Source: a virus. From it: 64,000 nt of DNA. The notes below the pieces were generated by a model. That model was not told the DNA's origin, searched no databases, and saw nothing but the letters and a program-made list of their open reading frames with translations. Below are positions 10,301-19,400 of this stretch, piece by piece (positions within the stretch are counted from its first letter, which is position 1; every line of letters begins with the position of its first letter). The translations under genes and the position numbers were made by a program. The DNA lies in the IMG/VR virus record IMGVR_UViG_3300028394_000034. One strand, 5' to 3'.

Positions 10301-11387
10301 CAGAGCCAAATTAGATGTAACAGGAGCACGAACAGTATTCTCAGATATTGCTACAATAACTGTTCCTCAGAGTATATCTATTAATACTTCTAATACTGAT
10401 GTTCCAGTATCTAAAAAGGTTAACTATCCAAACAAAGATATAATCCTCTCTATTGATGCTTCTTCAGTCAAACCTCCACTAACTTATCAGTGGCAAAAAT
10501 CAACACCAAGTGGATCAGTCGTAGCCTTTAGCTTTGCCAATAACGATATTCTATCTAATAAGGTTCAATTATTGTTAGAGTTTGATGGAACAATTAATAC
10601 TCAAAATTTTGTTGATAGTAGTCAAAATGCTTTAACAGTTAAAGTATACTCAAATAATACTGAAACAACTTCGGCTAATACTTCTTTAAACACTATTGTC
10701 AAAAAATTTGGATCTGCTAGTGCTAAATTTGATACTACTGGAAAATTAAGAGTGATTGACACAAATGATAAGTTAAAATTTCAAAATAATTTTACCATAG
10801 AATGCTGGTACTATACCTCTTTGCCCCAAGATATGTGTTTGATTAGCAGGAGATTGACTACTACCACATCTAATGGTCAAGAAGGTTGGTTTTTAACTCC
10901 ATTCAGATTTGCTGCTAGATTAGGTTCTGTTTGGAAAGACAATCTAATAGACGATAGAATTTCTATTGATAATATGGATATTAATACATGGACACATATA
11001 GCACTCACCAGATCAAATAATACTTATAGACTGTTTCGAAATGGATTATTGGTTGGTTCATTTTATAGCTTTTTACCGCTAGATGAAAATTCTGGATCTA
11101 TTCATATAGGAGATGCTTCAGGAGAAAGCACACAACTACAATGGATTGGCTATATAGACCGATTAAAAATTACAAATGGAGTTGCTAGATATACTTCTAG
11201 TTTTGATCCTAATGCTTCTATTGATAGTAACTATACTTCTTATGGCAATTATGGAGCATATACAGATATATCTGGGGCCAATTCTAATACGTTAAACTTA
11301 ACTAATTTATCTGATATTAATAATGGTGAAAAATATAGGGTTATTTTAACGGATCAAGTTTCTCAAATAATTACAGAGGCAACATAA
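7380..11387 (+). CDS. 1335-aa Ig-like repeat tail fibre protein with vWD-like and LamG domains
   Basis: About 10 repeats of I..QP...F...YQWQKS.DG...L.L.NL...YRV; GWGDVHY (vWD-like GDPHY) at ~8247; LamG at ~10540-11210; AAGGA SD 8 nt upstream of the ATG. Confidence 0.8.
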   Translation: MSLAYQWQVSTDGGVTYSDIPANTPGVTGETSSSLILTGLTASNNKSKYRVRLSDTDAVTSPTNSKPATITTAPSVSIANLSNAFSSNGSATITVSATSDIGSLSYQWQKSTDGISFINLNDVTGSVSGSNTSSLVLSNLVPAIDNNTKYRVVVGGQCCGTTTLYSNSTISTLTVQSTNQTIRIIAHPTDELIINGLATFTVSATTTSDIGLINTGSVIGYQWQKFINNAWTNILGATKSSLNLSGLVKADANSQYRVVVYDFNGSISSNIAQIFNSSTVPPCYPQCGGQGWGDVHYYIEGPGRSFLARLDDNPPGAKNEHLILYIKNNKTNNEYRLSATLKGWPVVSNPNPLIFDKIYFKTFDGQQNTTKIEELSLGSKKVIENIVSFTTSPLVMPFVWEILNPTNIAEINNLDITIGGVWYWINKSFIEYKKSNPKFAKLGWPNISGAAVDGIGMVLKPYSIVRSDFEKAASAQAGSAELSKVCETLVNDDGVKNFWQDLTGVLNQIPYDPTTGKWKNQVEKIICITSNPISAIAQNGSATFYCSSNYSTDFVWQKSKDNGISWTDITSNNDTNFIISGDKNSVQSSLQKYNLTVSNNGELYRALLQNKSITSNSAKLTYTASNLSILTEPVNQNSINLQATFTSYASGTAPISYQWYKSDNNGEIFDKISGAVSSGISLTNLNMNDDGDLYRVNIKDGAGNSYDSKIAKLTINPVITITNQPTNQTASNEETATFITSATCNNGDISYIWEMSHDGKQFSPVGGGSPSGVLALSGLKSYNNGDIYRAKIISLLKSNSVYTNNVTLSVPRSLSIATQPTDQLAINGTATFSINASTTQSSITYQWQKSTDGINYTNIAQATGSSLVLSNLTLQDDNTKFRVILQDDRDYLVSNTANLDTTPQITITQQPTSYTATNYSVDLTCNATTTGGAIAIQWQQSRGDYEYYTNISGVTATTNRLIQQITPDENGKKFRAKLDVTGARTVFSDIATITVPQSISINTSNTDVPVSKKVNYPNKDIILSIDASSVKPPLTYQWQKSTPSGSVVAFSFANNDILSNKVQLLLEFDGTINTQNFVDSSQNALTVKVYSNNTETTSANTSLNTIVKKFGSASAKFDTTGKLRVIDTNDKLKFQNNFTIECWYYTSLPQDMCLISRRLTTTTSNGQEGWFLTPFRFAARLGSVWKDNLIDDRISIDNMDINTWTHIALTRSNNTYRLFRNGLLVGSFYSFLPLDENSGSIHIGDASGESTQLQWIGYIDRLKITNGVARYTSSFDPNASIDSNYTSYGNYGAYTDISGANSNTLNLTNLSDINNGEKYRVILTDQVSQIITEAT

Positions 11388-13855
11388 TGACTAAGATATA
11401 TACTATTAATACCCTAGAAGTATATGCTAATTCCCAACACATAGACGCAAAAGTAGGAGAACCGTTGTCTCTTGTTGTTGATATAAAAATTAATTGGGTA
11501 GATCAAAGTAGTGCTCAAAGAATATTATTTTATCAATGGGAACAATCTTTAGATAGGGGAGTTTCATGGACACAGATTTTATTTGATAAAAATGTTAGTA
11601 TGTTTGATGATAGGTCTTCTAATACTATTTATACTAATTCATATCTAGTTAACGGAGAGTTTGATTTTAAATGGGCAAATTTTAACATATTTAGTGATCA
11701 ATCTCCAAAAGCTTATCTTGATACCACTAGAGTTGTAGCTGCTCAAAACCAAGCAAGATATCGATGTAATGTTTTCTTGTATAATGTTGATTCTAATACT
11801 ATAGAGTCTGTTGCAACCTCAGATACTATGACTTTATATGTTGTAGATGCCAACAATAATCCTATTAAGGATACTGATATTTTATGGGATGGTATTCCTA
11901 ATAAAAGACCAAGCAAGGATACTATCTTAGACCAAAATACAGTTATTAAACTATTTAATCCTAATGGAGTTACAAATAACGTTGATATATTATTGAATGG
12001 AATAAAAATAATTTCAAATGCTGTTTTACCAACATCTTCTAGTAATGCTTTGTCTATAAATCTTGGTAACTATGTAGATTCATTTGATCCCTCAAATATA
12101 ACGACAGATACAAATTTAGGACAAATTAATGCTGGTCTTAATAGTTTAACTATTCAACAATCTCAAAAAACTACTACTTTTAGTGTTAATCCACGAAGTA
12201 GTTGGCAGTCAACAGGATTGTCTGTAACTAATGGAATGAAGTTAGTAATTTCTGCTGAGGGTTCGGTAGTATGGGGTGGTGGAGGATCCGTTGGACCAGA
12301 TGGTGTCTATAATTCTGTATCTCTTGGTCTTGGTGGAGTAAGTGTTGATGCTAGATTTAAACATGAGGCTTTGCTAGGAAAAGTTGGTAGTAATATATTT
12401 TTGATTGGAAGCTATTATGTTGGAACTATGTCAAGCGCAGGAACTTTAGAAGTAGCTACTAATGATACTGCGAGATCAGACAACTCCGGAAGTTTTGATA
12501 TGACAATCAGTAGTTCTACGATTAAAACTACTCCTATCAGCGTCTTGGCTGTTAAATCTGATGGAGCACTAGCAGACTTATCAACAACGCAAAAAGGAGT
12601 AGCTTCAACTCTTGATGCTAATGGTAATTTAGTATCTAATACTATTAATCCTCCAACTATTGTTAATAGCGATCCATTTACAGCTACTGGAGGTATGGCA
12701 TTATTATTCAACTTTAAACCAGCACCACCAGCTTCACCAACTCCCACAGCAACAATAACACCAACAGTAACACCAACTAGCGTAACACCAACACCAACAG
12801 TTAGTCCTGGAACTTCATCTACCCCAACGCCAACTATTACTACGAGCGTAACCCCAACCTTAACTCCAACAATAACTCCAACAATAACTACATCACCGAC
12901 CAATAATAACAACCCAGGAGTTAATAGCGCTAATTGGAAGGCTAGTTCAAATTGGGATGGTACAGATGTTCTTAATCCTTCTGGTAATGTTACTTCAGTA
13001 GGTACTAATGGTGGTCCAAGCGCATATGGAACTTATGATATGGGAGGAAATGTTAGAGAATGGGCTAGTGATCTTTGTACTTGGTCAAATGGAAACAATA
13101 GTTCAGATATGACAAGATCAATATTTGGATGGGCTTATGCTTCATCAATTTGTCTTTCTAGAAATAAATCAGTAGATTATAGTGCTGGAGATACTTATTA
13201 TAGTAATTCTCTGGGTTTTAGAGTTGTTACTATAGACAATCCGTATAATTTAAGTAATTTTGTTCCAGTGTCGGATACTAATAATACTCCAGACACTAGA
13301 GATTTTAATTCAGCATATCAAGTAGGAAATGTTTCTTATGCCTATAAAATTAATAAATACAAAGTAACAAATACTGAATACGTTGCATTTTTAAATAGTG
13401 TTGCTGTAACTGATACTAATGGTCTTTATGTTGCTGAAATGGGTGTTGTTAGAGGAGGAATAAGTAGAACCGGATCAAGCGGAAGCTACTCATACTCTGT
13501 TAAAACTAATTATGGAAATAAACCTGTAAATAATGTAACTTGGCTCAATGCTGTAAGATATTGTAATTGGCTTCATAATAATAAACCTATTGGAGCTCAA
13601 AGTTCGACTACTACTGAAGGAGGAGCATATACAATAGTATTGCCTCTAGATCCCAATGGAGATAACGGAGATCCCGTTATTCTTCCAACAGCTAATTCTG
13701 GAGCAAAGTATCGTTTACCAACATCAACAGAATGGTGGAAAGCGGCTTATTATGCTGGTGGAGGAACAAGTTCTGGATACTGGGAATATGCTACACAATC
13801 TAATACTGAACCATCAGCAGCAGGCTGTAATAGTTTTGGAGTAGGACCTACATAA
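11387..13855 (+). CDS. 822-aa tail adhesin (Ig-like, LecA/PA-IL-like lectin, Thr-Pro linker, circularly permuted FGE/C-type-lectin domain)
   Basis: TAATG overlap with the upstream stop. WQSTGLSV...GPDG...LLGKVG...NDTARSDNSGSF (~12180-12510) resembles the LecA fold; PT linker at 12720-12900; FGE motifs YGTYDMGGNVREW, LGFRV, VTNTEYVAFLN, LPTSTEWWKAA. Confidence 0.75.
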   Translation: MTKIYTINTLEVYANSQHIDAKVGEPLSLVVDIKINWVDQSSAQRILFYQWEQSLDRGVSWTQILFDKNVSMFDDRSSNTIYTNSYLVNGEFDFKWANFNIFSDQSPKAYLDTTRVVAAQNQARYRCNVFLYNVDSNTIESVATSDTMTLYVVDANNNPIKDTDILWDGIPNKRPSKDTILDQNTVIKLFNPNGVTNNVDILLNGIKIISNAVLPTSSSNALSINLGNYVDSFDPSNITTDTNLGQINAGLNSLTIQQSQKTTTFSVNPRSSWQSTGLSVTNGMKLVISAEGSVVWGGGGSVGPDGVYNSVSLGLGGVSVDARFKHEALLGKVGSNIFLIGSYYVGTMSSAGTLEVATNDTARSDNSGSFDMTISSSTIKTTPISVLAVKSDGALADLSTTQKGVASTLDANGNLVSNTINPPTIVNSDPFTATGGMALLFNFKPAPPASPTPTATITPTVTPTSVTPTPTVSPGTSSTPTPTITTSVTPTLTPTITPTITTSPTNNNNPGVNSANWKASSNWDGTDVLNPSGNVTSVGTNGGPSAYGTYDMGGNVREWASDLCTWSNGNNSSDMTRSIFGWAYASSICLSRNKSVDYSAGDTYYSNSLGFRVVTIDNPYNLSNFVPVSDTNNTPDTRDFNSAYQVGNVSYAYKINKYKVTNTEYVAFLNSVAVTDTNGLYVAEMGVVRGGISRTGSSGSYSYSVKTNYGNKPVNNVTWLNAVRYCNWLHNNKPIGAQSSTTTEGGAYTIVLPLDPNGDNGDPVILPTANSGAKYRLPTSTEWWKAAYYAGGGTSSGYWEYATQSNTEPSAAGCNSFGVGPT
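12720..12900 (+). repeat. Thr-Pro low-complexity linker
   Basis: PASPTPTATITPTVTPTSVTPTPT... tract before the FGE domain. Confidence 0.9.
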
Positions 13856-13873
13856 TAAAAAAGGAGAATACCA

Positions 13874-14080
13874 ATGTTTGATCCATTAATACAATCTTGC
13901 CTTCCTATTTCAAAGTGGATAAATGAATGGAAAGATCGTCTACCTTCTATTACTTATCGTGGAGAAATGGCATCTCAAATATTTTCTATTAGAAAAATTC
14001 ATGGATATTCAGTTGCCAAGAGCTATGCTTACTATATTAGAGATCTTGGACATTATCCTACAGAGCTTCCACGCAATTGA
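13874..14080 (+). CDS. Hypothetical protein (68 aa)
   Basis: Strong AAGGAG SD upstream; fills the gap between structural genes on the coding strand. Confidence 0.65.
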   Translation: MFDPLIQSCLPISKWINEWKDRLPSITYRGEMASQIFSIRKIHGYSVAKSYAYYIRDLGHYPTELPRN

Positions 14081-14110
14081 CCTAATTACCGTTTGGTGTA
14101 CTATATTATA
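14077..14110 (+). promoter_or_regulatory. Candidate promoter (TTGACC-16-TACTAT, overlapping the GGTGTA motif)
   Basis: TTGACC at 14077-82, GGTGTACTATATTATA at 14095-14110, then AGGAG and the ATG at 14136. Confidence 0.5.
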
Positions 14111-14135
14111 GGTTTCATATTTTAGGAGATTTACT

Positions 14136-14375
14136 ATGGCAGACAGAGATTTAAAGGTCGTTTTTCGTGATGGGAATACTATTTCTTTACCTAATAGTTC
14201 TTGTAATTGTCCTAATAGTATAAATATTGATGTTACTGATATGATGCCAGGTAAAAAATATACGGTTTTTATTAAAAACTTGAATAGTACTCCGGTTAGA
14301 ACATTTCCAGAAAGCTATAGTTTTATAGCAGAAGCTTCAAGCAAAACACTATCATTCTATTATCAGTTTAGCTAG
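14136..14375 (+). CDS. Small beta-sandwich-like protein (79 aa, FN3-like)
   Basis: AGGAG SD; DMMPGKKYTVFI resembles the FN3 L.PG..Y.V.V pattern. Confidence 0.65.
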   Translation: MADRDLKVVFRDGNTISLPNSSCNCPNSINIDVTDMMPGKKYTVFIKNLNSTPVRTFPESYSFIAEASSKTLSFYYQFS

Positions 14376-14409
14376 TTTAAATCAAAGGAAACAATTTAAG
14401 GAAAACTGA

Positions 14410-16467
14410 ATGGTATATTCTAGTCCATTTTCTAATGACGATTTATCAATACTAGCTGGTCCCCCTGCTACTACCACATCTAATGATAGAGCAGTTTCTA
14501 TCTATTATAATGGTACCGGCCTTCATAATATTACTGGACCAACACCATTCATCAATATCAATAAGAAATTCAATAGAGATAATGCTGGAACTATTGAAAA
14601 TATCTTAACATCAATGACTCTAAGTGGTAAAATTGTAAGAGGAAATACAGACAATTCTAAATTAACACCATCAGGAACAGGAACGGCATCTATTATCGGA
14701 GCAGTAGACACTTTACAAAAACTATTTAGTTGTGGTGTGGGAAATTTGATAGTATCCTGTGGAGATAAGGATATAATTACTGCTACAGGAGTAAGAGTCG
14801 AAGCATTTAGTGCAAGTAAATCTAATGATAATTGGATTTTTAGTGCCGACTATGAAATAGCATTAGAATATAATGAGCCTGTTCGTACTGGAGGATATAA
14901 AGTAAAGAATACATCAGATTCATGGACCATAGAACCATTAGAAGACTATGCTTATACTTCTTTCAAGATTCCAATAACTCAGAAACAAGAATATCATAAT
15001 CCTAAACTTAAACCAACGACCCCAACAGATAATAATCCTCAACCAAATAGTTCAACAACATCACAAACTGGCCCAATTAGGCTGTCAGATATTGATCTTC
15101 AGGTAACAAATATTCCACAATTTAGAATTAGTCGTAAATTATCAGCAGTTGGATTTCCTACATCTCCTGGTACTGGAAATATTTGTGCTAGTGGTAATGC
15201 TGGTGTAGGATCTTATTTGGAAGCTAAAGGATGGGTTATGGAAAGATTGGCTACTACTTTTCATGGAAGCGCATCAGTATCTGGTATGCCATATTTTACT
15301 AGAGATACTACTGCGGGATCTTTATCTAATTTTGAAAAAACATTCGTATATAATCATTTAAGATCAACAGAATTTAGTATTACTGATGGTTCATATTCTG
15401 TTAATGAAACATGGTTAGCTATGCCAACAGGAATAAAATATATAGAAGATTATACTATAGAAGCATCAACAGATACAAATTTTATTAAAACAGTTAGAGT
15501 TCAAGGAAGTGTAAAAGGTTTGAATATAGCATCTTTTCCAATGATGGAAGGAGGCTCAGGTAAATCTCCAACAGGCATTATTCCTAGTGGAAATAGTGGA
15601 TATATTGATCTTTCATATAGTGTAAACCCAGACATCTTTGCTAGTGGAACATTTATTGCTGATCAGCATCCAATATTAGATATTGTAAAAACAGCAACTA
15701 TTGCAGATTCGCAATCGTATGTTACGACTATGTCTGCTAGCAAATATGTAAATGCTTCTAGTGGATGGTTAAATGACATTAAACCATATCTTTATAGAAG
15801 AGCTCATATTGCAGTTAACAGTCCAGATAGAGGAAATGAGCTATATATTAATCCAGCAGCTAGTCCACCTCCTGCTCCTAGAAATCCAGCTTATTGTAGA
15901 GAAAATATCTTAAATATTATTCCAGTTAGCACCACAGAAGCTCATGATCCTAGAAAAGGCAGTATTAATTATACATACGAATTTAATAATAAATTTACTC
16001 TTATAAGTGGAGTATTAGCAGAAAGTATTAATATTAATGATACTGGACCAATTGATGTTATTAATGAAGCTTTCGTACTAGGAAGAAGACTAGGGCCAGT
16101 GCTTCAGTCTTTAGGATCAAAAACTAGTTCCAAAAAAGATATTACTGTCGAAGTTATTGTTATGCCACCCACAGGTTTAGCCGGTTTCACCATGACCAAT
16201 AAGGAGTGTCCATTATGGACAGGTGGTACGGTGTATACTACTATAATTGGTATTATAGAAGGATTAAAACCATTTGGAGATAGAACCACATCAATATTTG
16301 GTAATTTAGGTAATGAGACTAGGACCGGAGGAACTATTAATGTTGCTGGTCAAGTATATACCACTCAGGACAATCAAACATGGAATCCAACCGAAGGAAG
16401 ATTTTCTAGAAGTGTTTCGTGGACATATCAGACTTGTAGTAATGCAAGAAGTTATCTGGATAATTAA
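14410..16467 (+). CDS. Putative tail/baseplate structural protein (685 aa)
   Basis: Long beta-rich ORF in the virion module with repeated W.IE/YTIE...SA.G/QG modules; function inferred from position only. Confidence 0.55.
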   Translation: MVYSSPFSNDDLSILAGPPATTTSNDRAVSIYYNGTGLHNITGPTPFININKKFNRDNAGTIENILTSMTLSGKIVRGNTDNSKLTPSGTGTASIIGAVDTLQKLFSCGVGNLIVSCGDKDIITATGVRVEAFSASKSNDNWIFSADYEIALEYNEPVRTGGYKVKNTSDSWTIEPLEDYAYTSFKIPITQKQEYHNPKLKPTTPTDNNPQPNSSTTSQTGPIRLSDIDLQVTNIPQFRISRKLSAVGFPTSPGTGNICASGNAGVGSYLEAKGWVMERLATTFHGSASVSGMPYFTRDTTAGSLSNFEKTFVYNHLRSTEFSITDGSYSVNETWLAMPTGIKYIEDYTIEASTDTNFIKTVRVQGSVKGLNIASFPMMEGGSGKSPTGIIPSGNSGYIDLSYSVNPDIFASGTFIADQHPILDIVKTATIADSQSYVTTMSASKYVNASSGWLNDIKPYLYRRAHIAVNSPDRGNELYINPAASPPPAPRNPAYCRENILNIIPVSTTEAHDPRKGSINYTYEFNNKFTLISGVLAESININDTGPIDVINEAFVLGRRLGPVLQSLGSKTSSKKDITVEVIVMPPTGLAGFTMTNKECPLWTGGTVYTTIIGIIEGLKPFGDRTTSIFGNLGNETRTGGTINVAGQVYTTQDNQTWNPTEGRFSRSVSWTYQTCSNARSYLDN

Positions 16468-16469
16468 TT

Positions 16470-19400
16470 ATGCCAACTCAGCCTTGTACCTATGATAAAT
16501 TAATAGCTCAAACACTATTTTTAGGAGCTAGCGTTTCTAGTTTTAATACTAGTGTTGGATGGGGAAGTCAAGCGTCTCAGCTTACAGTTAATCTAATAGA
16601 GGATAACGAATCAGTCCCAAACTGCTTACATCCATCAGGTAATGCGGATCCCAGCTATTTGTCTCAACAATTTGGAAATGGAAATATTATTCCAAACTTG
16701 ATTCAGGCTGATACTGGACAAGATTATGCTAGATTTTCAGATAATCACTATGAGGATTGTGTTGGAAATGCTTGTTATGTAAATACTTATGGAGAACCTT
16801 TTACTTCAACCATGAGATTAGAAGATCGAATGATACCAGGAAAAGTTTATTATCGATTTCCTGGAGGTATTGGTAATGGATCAATATTACAAACCGCCAC
16901 GGCAGCTGCAACATACGGTTTACGAAAACCAGCACTTCAATCTCAATACTGGTATAATCCTGATCCTGGATTTTTTGGTGTTCCCAACAGAATAAACCCA
17001 GATAACTCATATTTACGACAGTATTCTGGTACTGCTCTAAATAATGGATATGATATAATTGATACTCCTGTTATTTTTAAAATGGGAGATTTCTCTTTTG
17101 GTGGAGTGGTTCAATCTTGGAATAAAAATTTGAGTGCTGGCGGACGGAGCTATAGCGTTGTTATTAATAGTATGACTAGCGTATTAAATAATTGCTATAT
17201 TATTCTTTCTCAATATGCTGGATCTCTTTATAGTAAACTGCACTCTGCTACATTTAATATTGATTTAACAAGAACTGAAGTCAATTCTATTTTTGGAGGA
17301 CCAAGAAACTATACCGGACATGCTTCTGGGAATATTGATTATTTTGGACAAATATATGAAGGCAATCTTCCAAATGTATTTAATGTTTATGGATTTTTAG
17401 AGTCTATGGGTATGGACCACTTTGGAGGTTCAAGATCCACCAGTGACGGCATTTCTGCTAATAGTGTTTTGGATGCTTTGAGCGTATTAACTTCAACTTT
17501 CCCATCTGACGATGGAGGAGGTCCTCTTTTAACTTATAGAGCAGGGAACTCTCTTGTTGACTCTCATGGAGAGGTTGGAAAAAGAACAGCTTTTTCTCCT
17601 TTTGGTAGAATAATAACAAAGTGTATGCAAGAAAATGATACCTATACTCAAATTACTAGTGCTTTTAATAGATTTGGAGTTATTCCTCCTACAACAGTAT
17701 TAAACGATGAAACAAATACCTCTGTTTCTCAGAGTGCTAAAAGTGATAGATGTCAATTTGTTTTAGACCTAAGTGAAATCCCCAGACTTCCAAATGATTT
17801 TAGAGTCCCAGGTCCTGTAATAAGTATTACTGATTTAATCAATTTAGTTACTGAACAAATGGGCTGTGACTATTATGTTGATTTGGTTCCACTATCTATT
17901 AACGATATTTTATACAATGTCATTAAGATTAAAATAATATCTAGACTAAAACAACCAAGACAAAATGAAATTAGCAATACTATTAAAAAACTTCAATGTG
18001 CTGGTTATGCTATTAGTTCAGCAACAACAGGAAAAGAAAAAAACGAAACTAATGCTCGTAGTATGATAGTTGGAGGTCCTCAACAAAGACTATATCAAGC
18101 TAAGAGTTATAGACTAGCATATACTCAAAATAATTTTATTTTTAATCCTAGAACATATCAATTCGTTGATTATATGCAGTTGGGGACTTTTGATGCTTTA
18201 AATAATATGACTAGATCAACCCATATTACGGGAAGAAAACAATTCCATTATGGGAAGATAAAAACCCCAACAGCTTTTTCAGTTAGAAATAAACAGCTAT
18301 CTGATATTATCAATCCTGCTTATAGTGGGTTATACAAGCACGAAGAAGAAGTAAAAAAAATAATTCCTGGAATAACATATGATTTTAGTACTAAAGACCC
18401 CAAATGGAGTGATCGTAACCAAATATTAGGAAATCAATCAAGTAAATTAACAGGAAACTATGCAGAAGGAATTATAGTAAAGCAGGAAGAAGTGGGAGCT
18501 AATGCTGAAGACGTTAGTACATGGGGGGATGCAAGAAATCAAAGATATTTCCCTATTCATAGAGATGTTATTTGTCCATTCTTTGGTTTTGTAATGGAAA
18601 ATGAGCTACAGCTTAATACTAGTGGAGACAATAATGATTTTAGAAGAATTAGACCAGTATGGTTTGATACATGGACTGGGCAGATAGTTGTAGTTTTAAG
18701 AGTCGATGAACTTCCAGTAACATCAGCAAATTTAGAGGGTATTTATGGTAGTGGAACAAAATATTTCTTATTAACAGAATCCGAAATAAGAGCAGCTATT
18801 GCTGGTTTTGATAACTTTGTTGTTTATTGTTTATCCAAAGACTATAAGCCAGATCTTATAGAAATGCTAAGAAATGCTTACGTTATAAAAACCGCAAAAC
18901 AACTGAAAATAGCAAATCCTAGCTGGTCATCCTCATATGCTTGGAAGGCTGCTGAAGATGAACACAATTGGTATTGGAACTTGATGAATGGAAATATTTC
19001 TGGACCTTTCGGAAATTCTATTAGAGTTGTTCCTGATAAGTCTGATGGGTCGAGTAAGCTTGGTGAAGAAGTAACAATGGATTTACAAATTCTTCATTCG
19101 TTCATTAATGATATAGCAAAATATTATGGTAAAAAATATATGGTAATGGCTCCTATGGTCAAATCATATAGAGATGATAGTTTTGCAGATATTGTTTTGC
19201 CCACACAAGCCGGAGATGCTTATGTTTTTAGCGGTGGAGGCTCTCTTCATTACAATTATCAGCCTACTAATGACGGAGCATGGGAAGAACCAGGAAATAT
19301 TATTGATGATAGTATCGCTGTTGGCAGCAAAAATGGATTTGCTCTTAGTGATGACTCCGGGAAAATTAAGCCAATATTAGGATATAATGCTAGTGAAACC

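Noticed and set aside
4430-13230. Diversity-generating retroelement suggested by FGE/C-type lectin domains
   Set aside because: No reverse transcriptase or avd gene in the window. The two DMGGNV regions (4450-4490, 13025-13063) differ at many non-adenine positions and diverge quickly, so they are paralogs rather than a TR/VR pair. A DGR elsewhere in the genome cannot be excluded.
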